A stretch of DNA of 64,000 bases, taken from Epiperipatus broadwayi (Eukaryota; Animalia; Onychophora). This document shows, in pieces, positions 1 to 13,384 of the stretch. Below the pieces are notes generated by a model. The model had not been told where the DNA came from. It did no database searches and saw only the letters and a list, made by a program, of their open reading frames with translations. The position numbers and the translations under genes are program-made. Numbering within the stretch: the stretch's first letter is position 1; the number at the start of each line of letters is the position of its first letter. Location: contig JAQFVV010000005.1 in assembly GCA_028023455.1 (NCBI GenBank), positions 13,702,001-13,766,000 on the forward strand, given 5' to 3'.

Positions 1-699
1 GGAAAATATCACATCACACACACTTGGTTAAAGTTGTGTGGAGATTAAAAACACATTTTAAAAATAGTTCTAAAATATAATTTGGGACAAAGCAAAATCA
101 CTCATAAGCTGCACTATTTTGTTATTCACTCAAAATTTGCTTTTGTCTTTTCTAAAATATTAATACTGACTTTAAAAGTTAATAAAACTATGCTAAAATA
201 AAATGAATAATGATTAAGTGTAAATTGGCAGGTGGATACTGACTTAACCAGGTATTTTGTATATATGTAGGTTTATAAATAATTTGATCTCTTGATGAGA
301 TTTCTCAATGGAATGTACTCACTTGTAAATAAATAATATATATATATATCATGTTTGTGGTAATAGTAAATATGACTTTGTCCAGAGTGTTTGAATCATT
401 AAATAATTTTAAGCTTATCAATATATGTGTCTTAAATAGTCTTCCTGTTCACTCATCATCATCATTAAATAGGATCTCATGTTGTACGCTGTAGCTCCAG
501 GCCTGGAATTAAAGAATGTATGTTATATCACCGCAAGGGTTGTTCATATTGTCTTAGATTTGGGGAATGGGCAAATAGGTTTGGGTTCACAATTTCTCCT
601 GACCTGCTTATGTTGAGCATGAATGGATTAGAGGTATTTTGCTCAGATTCTAAGACATGTTGGCTGGACATACATTTTCGACTGGTACAATACTTTGCG

Positions 700-935
700 T
701 TAATTTTTGATTTATTTCATAAGCTTTGAAATTAGCATTTATGATTTTTCTAATTATTTGTTAAAACTAGATAACGTAAATAGCTTTTGATTTATTTCAT
801 AGAATTTCGAAAATAGCATTTGTGATTTCTTCTAAAAAATGTAGTGAAATTCGTGTAAACACTGTTGCCTTAGGCATTTTAATTTTTGATTTATTTCATA
901 TGCTTTTGCAAATAGCATTTATGATTTGTTTTTTA
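700..935. repeat. Degenerate 3x tandem repeat (core ttttgatttatttcata...atagcatttatgattt)
   Basis: The core recurs near 705, 785 and 885 with variable spacers. Confidence 0.7.
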
Positions 936-940
936 AAAAC

Positions 941-1410
941 CTCTTCATTATTACGAGCGCATAATGCATTCTCGAATTTTTAAAATTACATCCCGTTGAG
1001 TTTAAAATAGCGGGAAAACTAAGTGGTCTGCACAAGCGCTTTTTACATCTTCGGATTCATCTTTTTTTCTACTTTCTGAAAAGGTAAGTTCTATTTTTCT
1101 AACACAAAAATTGAGAGTTTTACAATAATTTTTGTAATCAAGTAAATAATTTTTTTACTTTTTCTGTATTTTTTAATTTGAAACAGAATTCAGTTTACTG
1201 TGAATTTTAAAAAGGGAAAAAATGGAATATTTTGCAATCTAGCAATGTCAGTATTTTTCCAGTAAGTGAGCCATGGAATTCTGATGCTTCAAGCTCACTT
1301 AGTGACTTGCCTATCAGTGTGGTTTGGTGTCAGATTCCAGTATTGCGGAGTCAGATGTGGTACCAAATCCAGAAAGACATTTCTCCACAGAGCTCTTTAA
1401 TGAAATTACT
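941..1410 (+). mobile_element. piggyBac left-end fragment (internally deleted)
   Basis: 941-990 resembles the left end at 3346 (aacctctt...attatgaccgcataatg). 1040-1410 aligns with 3830-4170 of the downstream piggyBac. Confidence 0.6.
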
Positions 1411-3077
1411 CTTAGTTTTCTAAGCTAGCTATTTTAATCAGAATTCGTAAACTGTGTAAGATAAATCTAATGTAACTTTAAATTAAATTTAATAACTAAC
1501 CATCTTGCCTACTTTAAAATGAAATAATTGTAAATTTCAATAATACTCTTAAACATGATAATCGTATCAGTTATAATGCATTCTTTCCTAACCTGCAGCC
1601 ATGCCTATCCTATTTTGTTTTATTGATATTTTTTGGTATGCCACATTTCAAGATGGAGATTAATAAATTTAGTAACTTTAGAGACGATTACAAGCACACC
1701 AGTAAACGATTTATGCTGTTTTTAACAAACATAAATCTCCATTTTGAAACCTATTCTTATATATCTGTTTAGTTAAGCTATTATGTTCTAACTTATGTAT
1801 AGTTAAATAATAGCAGGGATATTTCAAAAGACATATTAATAATAATTAAGTCCTGAATATGCTTTTCTCTTCCTTAATTTATTAAAAATACTATTCAGAT
1901 TAGATTGTTTTATGAAACTTGTCTTAGCATGTATAATGTCTGCTAATTAGAGAACTGGGATAACATAGTTTCACAGAATGAAACTAGTATTTCACACATT
2001 AATTTTAATAATTAATTCTTTAGTAAGCATTATGAATGTGTGCTACATAGCACTACATATGCAATACGCCTTGCTATGCTTTGTAAATGGTCTTATAGTG
2101 AAATGCCACCCCATTATTAGTTTGGATGGTCTCCTTATAACTGGAACATGAGGGTCCAAAAAACAATTGCAAAGCTGCCCCGATCTCCGGAATTAAGGTT
2201 CAAACTATGTTAGCAAGTCATATGATCCAAGGGAACTGAGTACTTGGTATTATTCCTGTGACTATACATTCTACCGCAACTCATTTAATAATTTAGTGCA
2301 ATAGTACTGGAAGTTCCGCTACAATCCCCAATTCATCCTGCCTTATTATATAATTCAGCATGGATCTGAATGCCAAATCTAGTTTACTAAAGTAATCTGC
2401 ATAGAGAGTGTATTATTCCTCATCATGTATTGTTAATAAGAATGTTGTATTTTATCAACCATCATCCTTGTAAGATTTAGTTTCCCATAGTGAACCTAGA
2501 ATAGATGGCTTAGTATATTACACATGAATATTAATCGCAGATATTAAATTGCAATAAACTTTAATATTGAAGTATTAAAAGTGCATCCTAAAAGATGAGA
2601 TCCCTCTAATTGAATTAACTCATTGTTATAAGTCTTGCATGTGTAAGACATCACCAATGCACTTGTTTTGTTTATATTAATTAATTTGCTTAATTTAACT
2701 ACTAAAGTCATTTTAAATTGTAATTGTTCAGTGTGTCTCTCATAAACTACTTCAAATTACTCCAAATGAACTTAGCATTAGCATGTTAATTTATGTATTC
2801 ATTTATTTAGCTATAAGTTTGTTAGTTCATATTATTAGTAGTTTATCAGCTATTCCAGTCTCATAATCCACCCAATTCTACTGCCGGCTCATGGATTAAA
2901 TCAAGACTGAGTGTAACCTCATATATGTCATCCATAGGGTAATAAATCATAAAGCTCTGGTGAAGGAGTTGAAGTGTGGTCACATTTGACATCTCAACCC
3001 CTCACCTAGATCACCTTTAGTATAATTTGCTAGAACTCTGGTTTTTGTTGCGTGAATGTACAAATATGACCATTATA
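1411..3077 (+). mobile_element. 5'-truncated copy of the long LTR-like family (family A)
   Basis: Shares internal blocks (ttctaagctagct; ccccattattagtttggatgg...gaacatgagggtc) and a conserved ~250-bp 3' block (catagggtaataaatc...ctcaacccctcacctagatc...tgaatgtacaaatatgaccattata) with the copies ending at 13262, 37719, 40464 and 61895. Confidence 0.65.
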
Positions 3078-3345
3078 TACGTTAATTTCTTTTCCTGATT
3101 ATGAACACGCAATCGTTGGGCCTTATGATTACTTTCTACGGCTGATGTGCAATAAATATATAATTTACCCCCCCGATTATGGCTTGCAACATGATGGTAT
3201 GAATTATTTCCACCTTCATGAACTATATGCAAATTTTTTCCTGATAATGGCCACCCAATCATGGAGTCTCGATTGGCACACCCACATGCTTTGTCGATGT
3301 TGGACACCAAGAATAGTGACTAAAATTATTTCCTGATTTTATTAA

Positions 3346-6300
3346 CCTCTTTGTTATTATGACCGCATAATGTGGTGTCAAATTTTCAAATTTACAATAT
3401 CCCATTTCAGTTTAATCCTTTTAACTGCAATTATTCCTATTGGCCAAGTAAACTAAAGTTCTAAACTTTTGATTGATCAATTACAGAATCAAAAGTAAAA
3501 ATACATTTGTCTTTTAATATATTGGTTTTAGTTTAGTTTGTAAAAAGCAAATTAATTATTTGTCAGATTATGAAAGTGAATGAAAGTTTTTTCAAAAATA
3601 AGTTTCTTATTTATAATTATAAAAATATTTTATAGCGAAGAACCTCAAAAGAATGTTCATAACCTATTAGAAAATGTTTAGTATGTCAGTGATTTTTCTT
3701 CTCAATTTACATTCGTGTAAAAGTAAAGAATTTTTAACTAAATTCTTACTTTTTTTCTAAAATAATATTTTCAGCATAGTTTACTTTTAAAAATATATAT
3801 TTATTTACAAGGAAAACCTTTACATATAAGCTTTTTCATCTTCGGATCCATCCTTCTTTTCTACTTTCTGGAAAGATAAGTTGTAGGTTTCTATCGCAAA
3901 AATTGACAAGTAATAGTAATTTTTTTTTCTGCTTTTTTCATTTTAAATGGAATTCAGATTACCATGAAATTTATAAAGGGTGAACATGGATAACTTTACC
4001 GAGACTAGCAGTGACAGTGTTTTCACAATAAGTGAGCCGTGGAATTCAGATGCTTCGAGCTCATTTGATGACTTGTCTATCAGTGGTTTGGAGTCAGATA
4101 TCCAGTGTTTCAGAGTCAGATGTGGTACCAAATACAAAACAAAGATGTAAATACAAGTGCAGCAATTTTTCCAATCCAGGCCCATCCTCCTGACCACATC
4201 TGAATGCGTTGCCGATTAACGTTATCAGGTTGTCCAATTTTACAGTCTCCTGGGCCCAAATTTTCCACTACTAGTGAGTATAGTATTTTAGATTATTTTC
4301 AATTATTTGATAAAAAAAATATTTGAAAAAATTTTTAGAAACAAATTTGTAAATTGAACAGTAAAAAGCTCACAATTGGGTCAATTTATCACATTGCGAA
4401 TTATCTGTATTTTTGGCATAATAACAAGAATTTCCTCCATATGTCCAGTACATGAATTAGATGACATAGAGTTCTGATTTGAGAATAAAACAACTATATT
4501 TTGCTAATATTATGACCCAATGTAGATTTTGTTCAATTTTGTCTCTAATTTTAACGATAATAAAAAATGCCAGATGCTAAAAGTAAAGATTTTGACAGAA
4601 TATATAAAATTAGGCCTATTATAGACTACTGCAATGTAAATTTTAAAGCTGCATATCAAATGCATAGAGTTAAGAGTTAATAAAGCTATTACCCAATTTA
4701 CTGGTCGTAATAGCATGAAGCAATATGAGCCTTTGAAACCAATGAAGTGAGGATTCAAATGGTGGGTGTGTGCAGATAGCCATAATGGATATGTCCCATA
4801 TGGAATTGTATACAGGAAAAAGTGCAACTTCAGATGCTGGCCAAGATTTGGGTACTCGAGCTGTGCTTTCAGCAGTTTTGCCATATCTGTCAAAATAGTA
4901 TCACATTATTTTTTGCAATAGATATTTTACAAATATATTGTTAGCAAGAGCTATCTGCAAGCAAAATATACCATTGTGGCACACTAAATGCAAATAGAAG
5001 AGGTATCCCACAAAGCATCAAAGAAATGAATAAAAGCTATAAAATAGAATGATTAGGGCAGACTCACATTTTGTGGTAGTCAGTGATCTTCAATTTGAAT
5101 TGTTAAGAAGCCAATTATAATGCAAAACAATGCTTATCCACCTTCTGGGGATGATACTGTAACAAAGACACAAAGATGGGACACTTCATTCATATCCATG
5201 CCCACCTACAATAACAAATTACAACTGCTACATGGATGGAGTTGGTGATGACTTCAGTATAGTTGGAAGAGAAAGTCTAACCGATAGCAAATGTGTCCTT
5301 TTTTGCACTGCTTCGATACAGAATATATGATTCAAAAGCAGAATAAAGTGGAAGCACTTTTGCTTTTCTGGAGAACCTTATCAGATAGCCTAATAGATGG
5401 ATTTTCCTCATAAGCAAACTACTGAACCGTATCATGGTATACCACATCTGGCTCAGCATACCATTGGGAAACAGTCTAATTGATTTTCATAAACACAACA
5501 TACTTAAAAGAAATTGGGTCTTCTGCCTAAAAAAAAAAGCAGACGTTTCTTTGGCTGCATAAAGTGTGAACCTATCACAGTCAACGTGAACTGAGAAATT
5601 GTTTTATAATTTACCAGTGAGTGTGGTTGGTGATACTTCTCAGAAACCTCAATAGTCAACTTCTGCAGGAGAGCCAATTAGTGCTCAGTCAACATGTCTC
5701 CAATTAGATGATCATTAGCAGCCCTAATTGGTAAGTTGTATTAGCATTTGGTTGCAATATTATTTTAATTGTAAGCAATCATTTGTAGTATTCATTTGAT
5801 TTTATATTTTAGGAAAACTCTATCTAACAAGATGAAGTGTTTGCCACAAGATGGCAGGTAGGATAAATAATAAAAAGCATTATTAATAATACACTACATA
5901 GCACTGACTTTTTTTGTTTAGCTGGGCAGAGTATGGAATCTGACATGAACCACTAACTCTACAATGAATTTAGCATTGCTTTTAACCTCACTAATTTTAT
6001 ATATATTATCTTTATTTTGTTTTTTTTTTAATATGTATAATTTTAATTTCCTTTGCTTTTTTTAATAATTGTGAATTTAATTTTAATTTTGTTTGCTTTT
6101 TTATTGTATTTTATTTATGTATTTCTTTCTTTCTTAGTTTATATATAAGTTTTTATTATTTTGTTTTATTATTTTATTTGTATATAGTGCTTACCACATC
6201 ATTAATAAATAAAAAAAATTATTTACAATAAAAAGTGGTTTTAAATTTTCCCTCCTATTTTTTCTCTAATATAAAAATTAATGACTAATTTTTTAATAAA

Positions 6301-6804
6301 TTACAAACTTTATTGAAGTTCTTTATTATAATATTCAAATTATACTAATTATTGATCAATACTAACTACTTGCTATCAGGGATGTCATATTCATTGCAAA
6401 CCCCTGTATAAAAAACATTTTGAAGGGCTATTAGAAAAAAATTGAAAAGTACTGATATCCTTATTCCTAGAAGTGTGAAGTGGTGGATTGCCTTAGGTTA
6501 AGTCATATACGATTTTATTGGAAATTCAATGAGGAAATCATATAACTTATTAACAAAGGTATTATTTTAAATTTTAACCATGAAAATTCAATTTTATGAA
6601 ATAACATGAAAATAATTTTTAGAAATATTAATTTTTTTATTAATTTGAATATCAATGGCTATTTGTTTTAGCTTCATTACATTCTTCGACGTTCTATCTT
6701 GCAAATAATATAAACTATGTCATTTTTGGACAATTCAAAGTTAATTCATTATAAAATTTGTGGCTTAACATAATTTTTTAAAAATTCAATATAACTGCTT
6801 AAGG
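3346..6804 (+). mobile_element. piggyBac-like DNA transposon, decayed (copy 1)
   Basis: Flanked by TTAA at 3342-3345 and 6805-6808 with CC/GG termini. Contains a PGBD4-like transposase remnant. The right end is homologous to copies 2 and 3. Confidence 0.75.
4230..5620 (+). pseudogene. piggyBac transposase pseudogene (PGBD4-like)
   Basis: Frameshifted translation gives YFANIM..RF, DNKKMPDAKSKDFDRIYKIRPII, QFTGRNSMKQYEPLKP.K.GFKWWVCADSHNGYV and a C-terminal Cys-rich remnant. Many stop codons. Confidence 0.88.
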
Positions 6805-6969
6805 TTAAATTACATATGGGTGTAAAATATTTTGTTTTCAATTCTTTTGTTAAGGTATATAAAAAAAAATTCACGAGACTCAAAATTTAAATTTCAAAGT
6901 TTAAATTTAACACTTAAATCAGTAATATGGCTTATCAATTATATTTCACTAATGGATATTCTAAATCTT

Positions 6970-7096
6970 TAGGTCCATTATGAATTATATTTGTATGAAC
7001 CACCTACTCATAACTGGCACCCAAGGATGACTCAACAGTTTTAGAGCCATCCTCACATAAATTTGTTATAAGAGGCAAAGAAATTCAAAGGACCTA
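6970..7096. mobile_element. Small MITE-like element, TA|GGTCC...GGACC|TA
   Basis: Inverted termini taggtccattatgaatt / aaattcaaaggaccta. The internal motif ataactggcacccaaggatga is shared with 25736-25845. Confidence 0.5.
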
Positions 7097-7399
7097 TATT
7101 TTGGATTTGTAGTTTAGTCTGGAATAAGAGAACATGAAAATTATGCAAGATTGAGGGATATACGCATACATGGATACTAAACATACAATGTAGGATAGGG
7201 AAGATAGGACCTATTCACACCCCCAATGAATGTGTCATGTCATGATGATGTCTCATTCAAAGAAATAGTCCTACAATGATGACGTCACAGTTGACATCAT
7301 ATCGGTCATTTTTCAAGTTATTGTCCCAATTTTTTCCTTACAACAGCTATTTTTCCCATTGATTTTCCATTGTATTTATTATTGCATTTTTTTTTTCAA

Positions 7400-8140
7400 A
7401 ATGTTCAATACTTAAAAATTGCCAACTATTGAAATGGATGCATTTCTGCTTATCCGAGAACAAGATATTCTGCCTTCTATAAAAGTTATGTCCAAATGGA
7501 CATAATATGAGCTTATACATGTACATACCAGACAAGCAATGGCATTGTAACGTTCGAGATGCACCATTAAAATTGACATTTGCAGGCAAATGTGGTTGGA
7601 AGGTTCAAGAATTCCTCTGTTAACCACAATCCGATTCATGTATAGTTGGTCTTGGGGAGAACATGAGCTTGGAATATCAGGTAAAACTGTCATTGACTGG
7701 AATAACTACATAAGAGAAGTTTGTACCAATGCTATGCTACAATGGCAAAATGAAAAAACTGGAGGTGTGAACAAAATTGGCAAGATTGAAGCCTATTTTC
7801 CAAGAGTAAAAATCACATGGGCCGAATTATCCTCGAGGAATAGATGTTTGGTGACTTATGTAGAGAAACAGATGAATGTTTTATCATTAAAATTCAAGAT
7901 AGGACAACTAAGACTCTCATGGAAGGCATATTAAACCAATGAACTAACTGAAGCCAGTTACTACCATTACCAAGTCAATCACACATAATTTCGTCGATCC
8001 AGAAACAGGAGTTCACACCCAAAATATCGACTGTGGGGTTCTGTCAAATGGTGAAATAAGCAGCAACAAGAGACAGCAAGATAACCCCTGGATAATTATC
8101 TAGCAGAATTTATGTGAAGACTACATAAAAATGACACATT
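7400..8140 (+). pseudogene. Merlin (IS1595/ISXO2-like) transposase pseudogene
   Basis: The ORF at 7590 reads WLEGSRIPL..IRFMYSWS..ELGISGKTVIDWNNYIREVC. A downstream frame reads VNHT.NFVDPETGVHTQNI..WGSVKW..YLAEFM. These are hallmark IS1595/Merlin motifs. Confidence 0.88.
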
Positions 8141-8334
8141 CTTAGCTATACTGAAAAACATTAAAGAAATGTTTTCATCTGCATAAATAAAAATGTAATA
8201 AGTGCTTTTTTGATTTGTATTTTTTTAAAAAAAAAAGGGGGGGGATAGCAGTTTTATGAAATTCCCAGCTTACTTTGCAACCAAGTGGTTCCATTGGTCA
8301 GTTTGATTTTTGCCGTGAAAATTCTGAAACCCTA

Positions 8335-9830
8335 GTTTTTATGTGGTATATGCTACAAGGCAAGTGCCTTACAAATATAATGCCTTTTTTTTAGTTTTTG
8401 GTTTACTTTCTACATATATTTACTATTGTTCATTTATAAATGTAAATAATTTACTGTAGTTTCTATATATTGTGCCATTTCAATTCAACCAGTAGCTAAA
8501 TTTGTAGTAATGTGCATGAAGGGAAATATGGAACAAAAATCATCATCACATTTTTTATATAGGAAAGGAAGCTGTAGGGAACCCAAGTTTAAGCCCTTCA
8601 GGATCAAGTCCCAAAAGCCTAAGACAGAGAGTGGGGGAAACAGTTATTTTCTTTAGTTGTTTGTGTGTTGAGAAAACTCAAAAATAGTACACACCTTTTA
8701 ATTATTCAATAGTTAATTTTTTTTTGTTAAAAAGTAATGTTATAACACACATATATGCAGTGTGTGTGGACAAGCTATTTAGTTTGTCATTTTCATATTT
8801 CAAATAATAACTTTCTTCAAAACTAATCTACACTTGCAAGATTCTACTATTTTATTCTATGTTTCTATTTTGTTTTCTATGATTGTAATTTGGGTTTAAA
8901 AGTTGTAAGAATTTAATTTTAAATATTAACAGTCTAATTTCTAAAAAGCATTCAGATTATTTTAATAGGCCAGTTTTTATAAATGATGTGAATGACAGCG
9001 TGTTTGTGGGTATATTGCGTAAATAAATCTAGTTATAGACATTAAAAAAAAAGAAGGAAGAGTTAAATGTTAAATTATTTTTTTTTACTCAACAGTTTTG
9101 TGTTATAAAGATTTTGTTTTATTGGAGCTTAAATGATGTGAGAAATCTAACTTTAAAATCTTCCCATCCTAGATCAAAGAGAGGAGTTAAAATGTTCAGG
9201 TGCGAGATTTATGATTGGGATGTGAAAAAAATCATTAAGATAATTTTTCTTCAAAACAGATTTAAGTTGTCTGGAAAGTGTGTTTTTGTGAATTTATTAT
9301 TTTTGTACCAGCAGTTAAAAAAAATCACACCATCAATCTAATTAAATGAGTTGGCTGAAAAATAAAATATAAAGAGTCCAAAAAAATCAGTTAGTAGAGA
9401 TTTTTTTTAAAATATTGAAACTAGGGAAGAGACAAGCTTCAAATTCTGCAAGATATTAATTTGAAATCATTTTTTTTATATAATTTTTTTTTTTTTTTTG
9501 AAGATTGAAAATATAAGGATGGCAGGTTAAAAATCTATATGAATCTTGTAGGGGCAATTTCCCCCTCCACCATACAGCTAGCCCATCATATAGGAAAAAA
9601 AAAAGTCTTGTCTGAATTAAAAGTATTCTACACCTTATGACTGATTGGGAGAAATAAGATGTTTTAAATAGAAGAAAACATTCACCTGCATTTGAAAGCT
9701 GAAGAAAAATAATTACTGATAAGTATTAAATCAGCTAGTTCAGTTATTCCAGTGACTGAATTTAAACACAAGCAAAATTATAAATATGAGAACAGACATT
9801 CTCCAACTCTTAGAAGAATTATGCTTAACA
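8335..9830 (+). mobile_element. Unclassified dispersed repeat, homologous to ~51500-53750 (minus strand)
   Basis: Several collinear blocks match the reverse complement of 51900-53750, e.g. aaaaatcatcatcaca...gaagctgtaggg..ccaagtt and gtattctacacctt...aaataagatgtttt..atagaag..aacattcacctgcatt. Confidence 0.7.
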
Positions 9831-9961
9831 GGTAACTATCACCAAATCCTCATATATCATGTTACAATAGTATTTAAAACAGGCTAAATCAAAACCTAAA
9901 TATGTTAATCACGTATGTGTGCATATATATTAAAATATAGTATGAAAATTGCATCTATATA

Positions 9962-12900
9962 TGTAAATCCCCATAAATGTGCACATATATATTTCTGTTA
10001 ATAAATAAATGGAAAATGCGTTGTATGTGTAACAAGAGACTACATATATGCAGGAATGAATAATGTTAACAGGATTAAAACATTAGAATTTCTTTCCTTA
10101 AAATATTTATTCCGAAAGTAATATTCTGCATATATCGCTAAATTAAATGGCCGAGTTACATATATAACAAAATGTTTTTCCATATTTTAGATTTGTTTTT
10201 CTAGAAAGGATGGCGCAAGAAAAGTTAATCTTTCTCACTATAAAATGACCCAATTTCAATTTAAGGTTAAAATTAGATTTAAATTTAAAAAACTGAACAA
10301 ATTACAGCAAGAGACCGAGGTTAAACTGGCCTAAAAAAAATAGTCACAGCAGGTTTCCACGATTTTTTAGCGATAGTAAGAGCTGGAAAAGTGCATCGGA
10401 AAATAATGTAATGACGGAGAGAGGGATGAGCCAATATATAAGCTACTGCAGCCATCTTTAATTTATTAATTCTCTAGCAATATATTTTGACAAAGTTCTT
10501 GTCAACGTGTAATAATAATGATGTCGGGGTAGAAGGCTAATTGCTTTGCCTTTCTGACCCTCGGTCAAGGCTACCTGATGTGAAAAGAGATGCAGTAAGA
10601 GCCGCCACTACCTAAGAAGTTCCCTGATGATGAAAATAGCCTGCTACCAGAGAGAAAAGAAGAAAATGGTAAAACTCCTTCAATTCTAAAACCTTTCAAC
10701 TAAAGTCAACTAATTCTTATAAGCTAGCTCAATCTAAATTCTATGCCCATAATAATAATAATGTAAACTAAACGTATTTCTTAAATGTAGTTTTATTTTA
10801 TTTAATCCTAAAATCTTGCCTGATTTACAAACTGATTAATTGATTGATTTATGATTTATTACTTAATATCTGGTTTATTAAGTGCTTTATGATTTCTTAC
10901 CTGAGTTATGATTTATGTTAATAATACATTTAATTTATTGAATTGATTTCTTTATTTATTGGTTTACTTGCGGAACTAATTTATAATTGATTTAGTTTTA
11001 TGTATTCATCCTATTTTGAGTAATTAAAAATTATTTAGTTTTAACTTGCTAAAATCTATATTTTAAATATTTTAATATGACTTTTATTACATATAATTCA
11101 AAATGATCTATTTTAAAATAATAATTAAGTTTCTAAGTTATTTGGAATATTTTAAGCTAATAATAATATTCACTTTCATCAATTCTCTTAAACAACTTAA
11201 AAATTGTTCTAAACTGAATCAATCAAATTTCAGCTAATGTCGTATAAGTTTCATTTTAAAACAAAGCCAAATTCCAGATTTCACTTACGTGAAATCTTAT
11301 CTTATTTTAAATCTTACATTTTCTTTTAGTTAAATCTATGCCAAATCTTATTATTTTCAATTATGTTATTGTTTATGCTATATTTATTCAAAACTGAGTT
11401 TTACCCTTAGTTAAAACCTTAGTGAGAAATAAATATGTATTCTCATGTGTATATATGTAAGTTCGTGCATATATGTAATTTCATGTATATTGACACACAA
11501 ACTGAAACTCTGTTTTGAAATGGATAAATATCTTAATTAAGATATAATTACAAGCTTACAGTTATTCTAAGATAGACTTGCTTTAAATATAATATTTAAC
11601 CAATATTCAGTTGAAGTGATAAAATGCAGAATAAATCTATAATTCTATATTGTAATTTCCCTCAATATGCTGTAATCCTCCCTAGAAGTACAAATGCCTA
11701 TATAGATAGCTTTATAAATTGGATTCATAAGCTTTCCTTAATAGTATAATTATAAATACTATGATATGAACTGATATACGGTAGTTTCATGAAGGAAACT
11801 ATTGTTTAGCGTCTTTTTTATTATATAATAATGTTATCAGTGGTGCGTATGTGTCCTTAAGAAATGCTATGGCGTACTCGCTGTATTCTTTAATGGTCAT
11901 ATGTGTTAGGGCTACACCATTACTCTTAGTTCAGACAACTACCTTCTCCAGATGGTGGACGAGTTCGCACCTCCCCATTCTGCATCTTCAGAAACGGAGC
12001 ATGAGACTCCCAGTTAAAATTAGTTGTTCGATCATCCGGACTAGATGTCTCTTAATTCCACAGCAATGAGTTCAGTAAAAGGGAACCGTTACTTGGTAAA
12101 AATCCCGTGAATAAGACACATATACGAGACGCAGACTCAGAATTGTATATTTTCTATATTTCTTGGTATCTGAAGTCTGACTGCCAATAATCACTTCATC
12201 CCACCATTATAATTGTTATTTTCAGCCTTGATCTGAAATCGAATCCAATTTAATATGCATATTAGCTATATAGAGAATATATTGATTATTCATGCTTAGT
12301 AAAATATGTTCTTTATAAATGTTTATATTCACTTCTACTAACTCTAAAGCAAAATCTAAATCCTATTTATATAGCATAAACTAGGTATAGATAGTCATGA
12401 GCAAATTCACTAAGTTATAATGTAACCTTAAGGCTCATGAAAATGTATCTTCCAACCTATAATTTCTTTATCACCTGCGATTGGTAGATCTATATATATA
12501 GCTAAGTAAATTAAATATTTGTAACCTAAATACTGCAATCACCTGCGAGTGATTAAAATGTTATATATAAACCGGAAGTGCATAAACATTAAACTATCAC
12601 CTAAGAGTGATATACATATATGTAAGAAACCAAATAATGGGTAACGAAAAATTTAATATCACCTGTGAGTGATTTCACACACCACCCATATATATGTAAA
12701 CCAAGCTATGTATAACTCAACCATAAAGAATTGTATTTGCAAAATCATCACTTGTGTGTGAACCCAAACTTAAATGTAAACTATCCCTTAATCACCTGCG
12801 AGTGAGACCATGCATATAGACATTTGTAATTATTGTTTTAATTATTATTTCAATATTTAACTTAACTATTAAATTAATTTTAAATTTAACTTTGTTTCAT

Positions 12901-13262
12901 GTCTCGGTCTTGCTCATAGACTCATAACCATTCCATCATTTAGTAATTATTTATTATTACTTATTAAAAATCATTTCATTGTTTAATAATTATATCCTAG
13001 TCACATGATATCTATATAGCTATACTAGTTAGTAAGTCAATTTCTGTCTAGTGCTTTGCCGATGTTCTACTGCCGGCATGTGATGAAAGAGAATACTGCT
13101 GTAAACTCATGTGTCATCCATAAGGTAGTAAATCTTTAAGCCATAGTAGAGGAACTGGGGCTATATCACATCTGTGGTTTCCACCATCGTATTCTGGTCG
13201 GCCTTGGGATGATTTACTAAAACTAGATTTTGTTACATGAATGTACATATTTAACCATTACA
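9962..13262 (+). mobile_element. Probable solo LTR, long LTR-like family A (~3.3 kb)
   Basis: Starts near tgtaaa and ends ...ccattaca followed by ATAT (13263-13266). Has the family A 3' block and internal architecture. The 5' boundary is approximate. Confidence 0.6.
12470..12805. repeat. Array of six ATCAC-ctgcga-GTGA(T) hairpin cores with diverged 28-74-nt spacers
   Basis: Cores start at 12470, 12538, 12596, 12658, 12747 and 12791. Confidence 0.8.
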
Positions 13263-13384
13263 ATATAAATTTTCATGTATATCTATAAATTGTAAGTATA
13301 TGTTAGAAATGCAGTAATAAATGTTAATTTGTTTTATTAACGAGGCGTATATTTTCATTAAGGGTATTCTTTATTAGTTGTGAT

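Noticed and set aside
520-3336. Short ORFs (60-97 aa) in the ORF track in this and other AT-rich stretches
   Set aside because: They have no motifs, lie within repeats, and their lengths are expected by chance.
12470-12805. CRISPR array interpretation of the hairpin-core repeats
   Set aside because: The context is a eukaryotic TE with no cas genes. The cores are only ~15 nt, the spacing is irregular and the spacers are related to each other.
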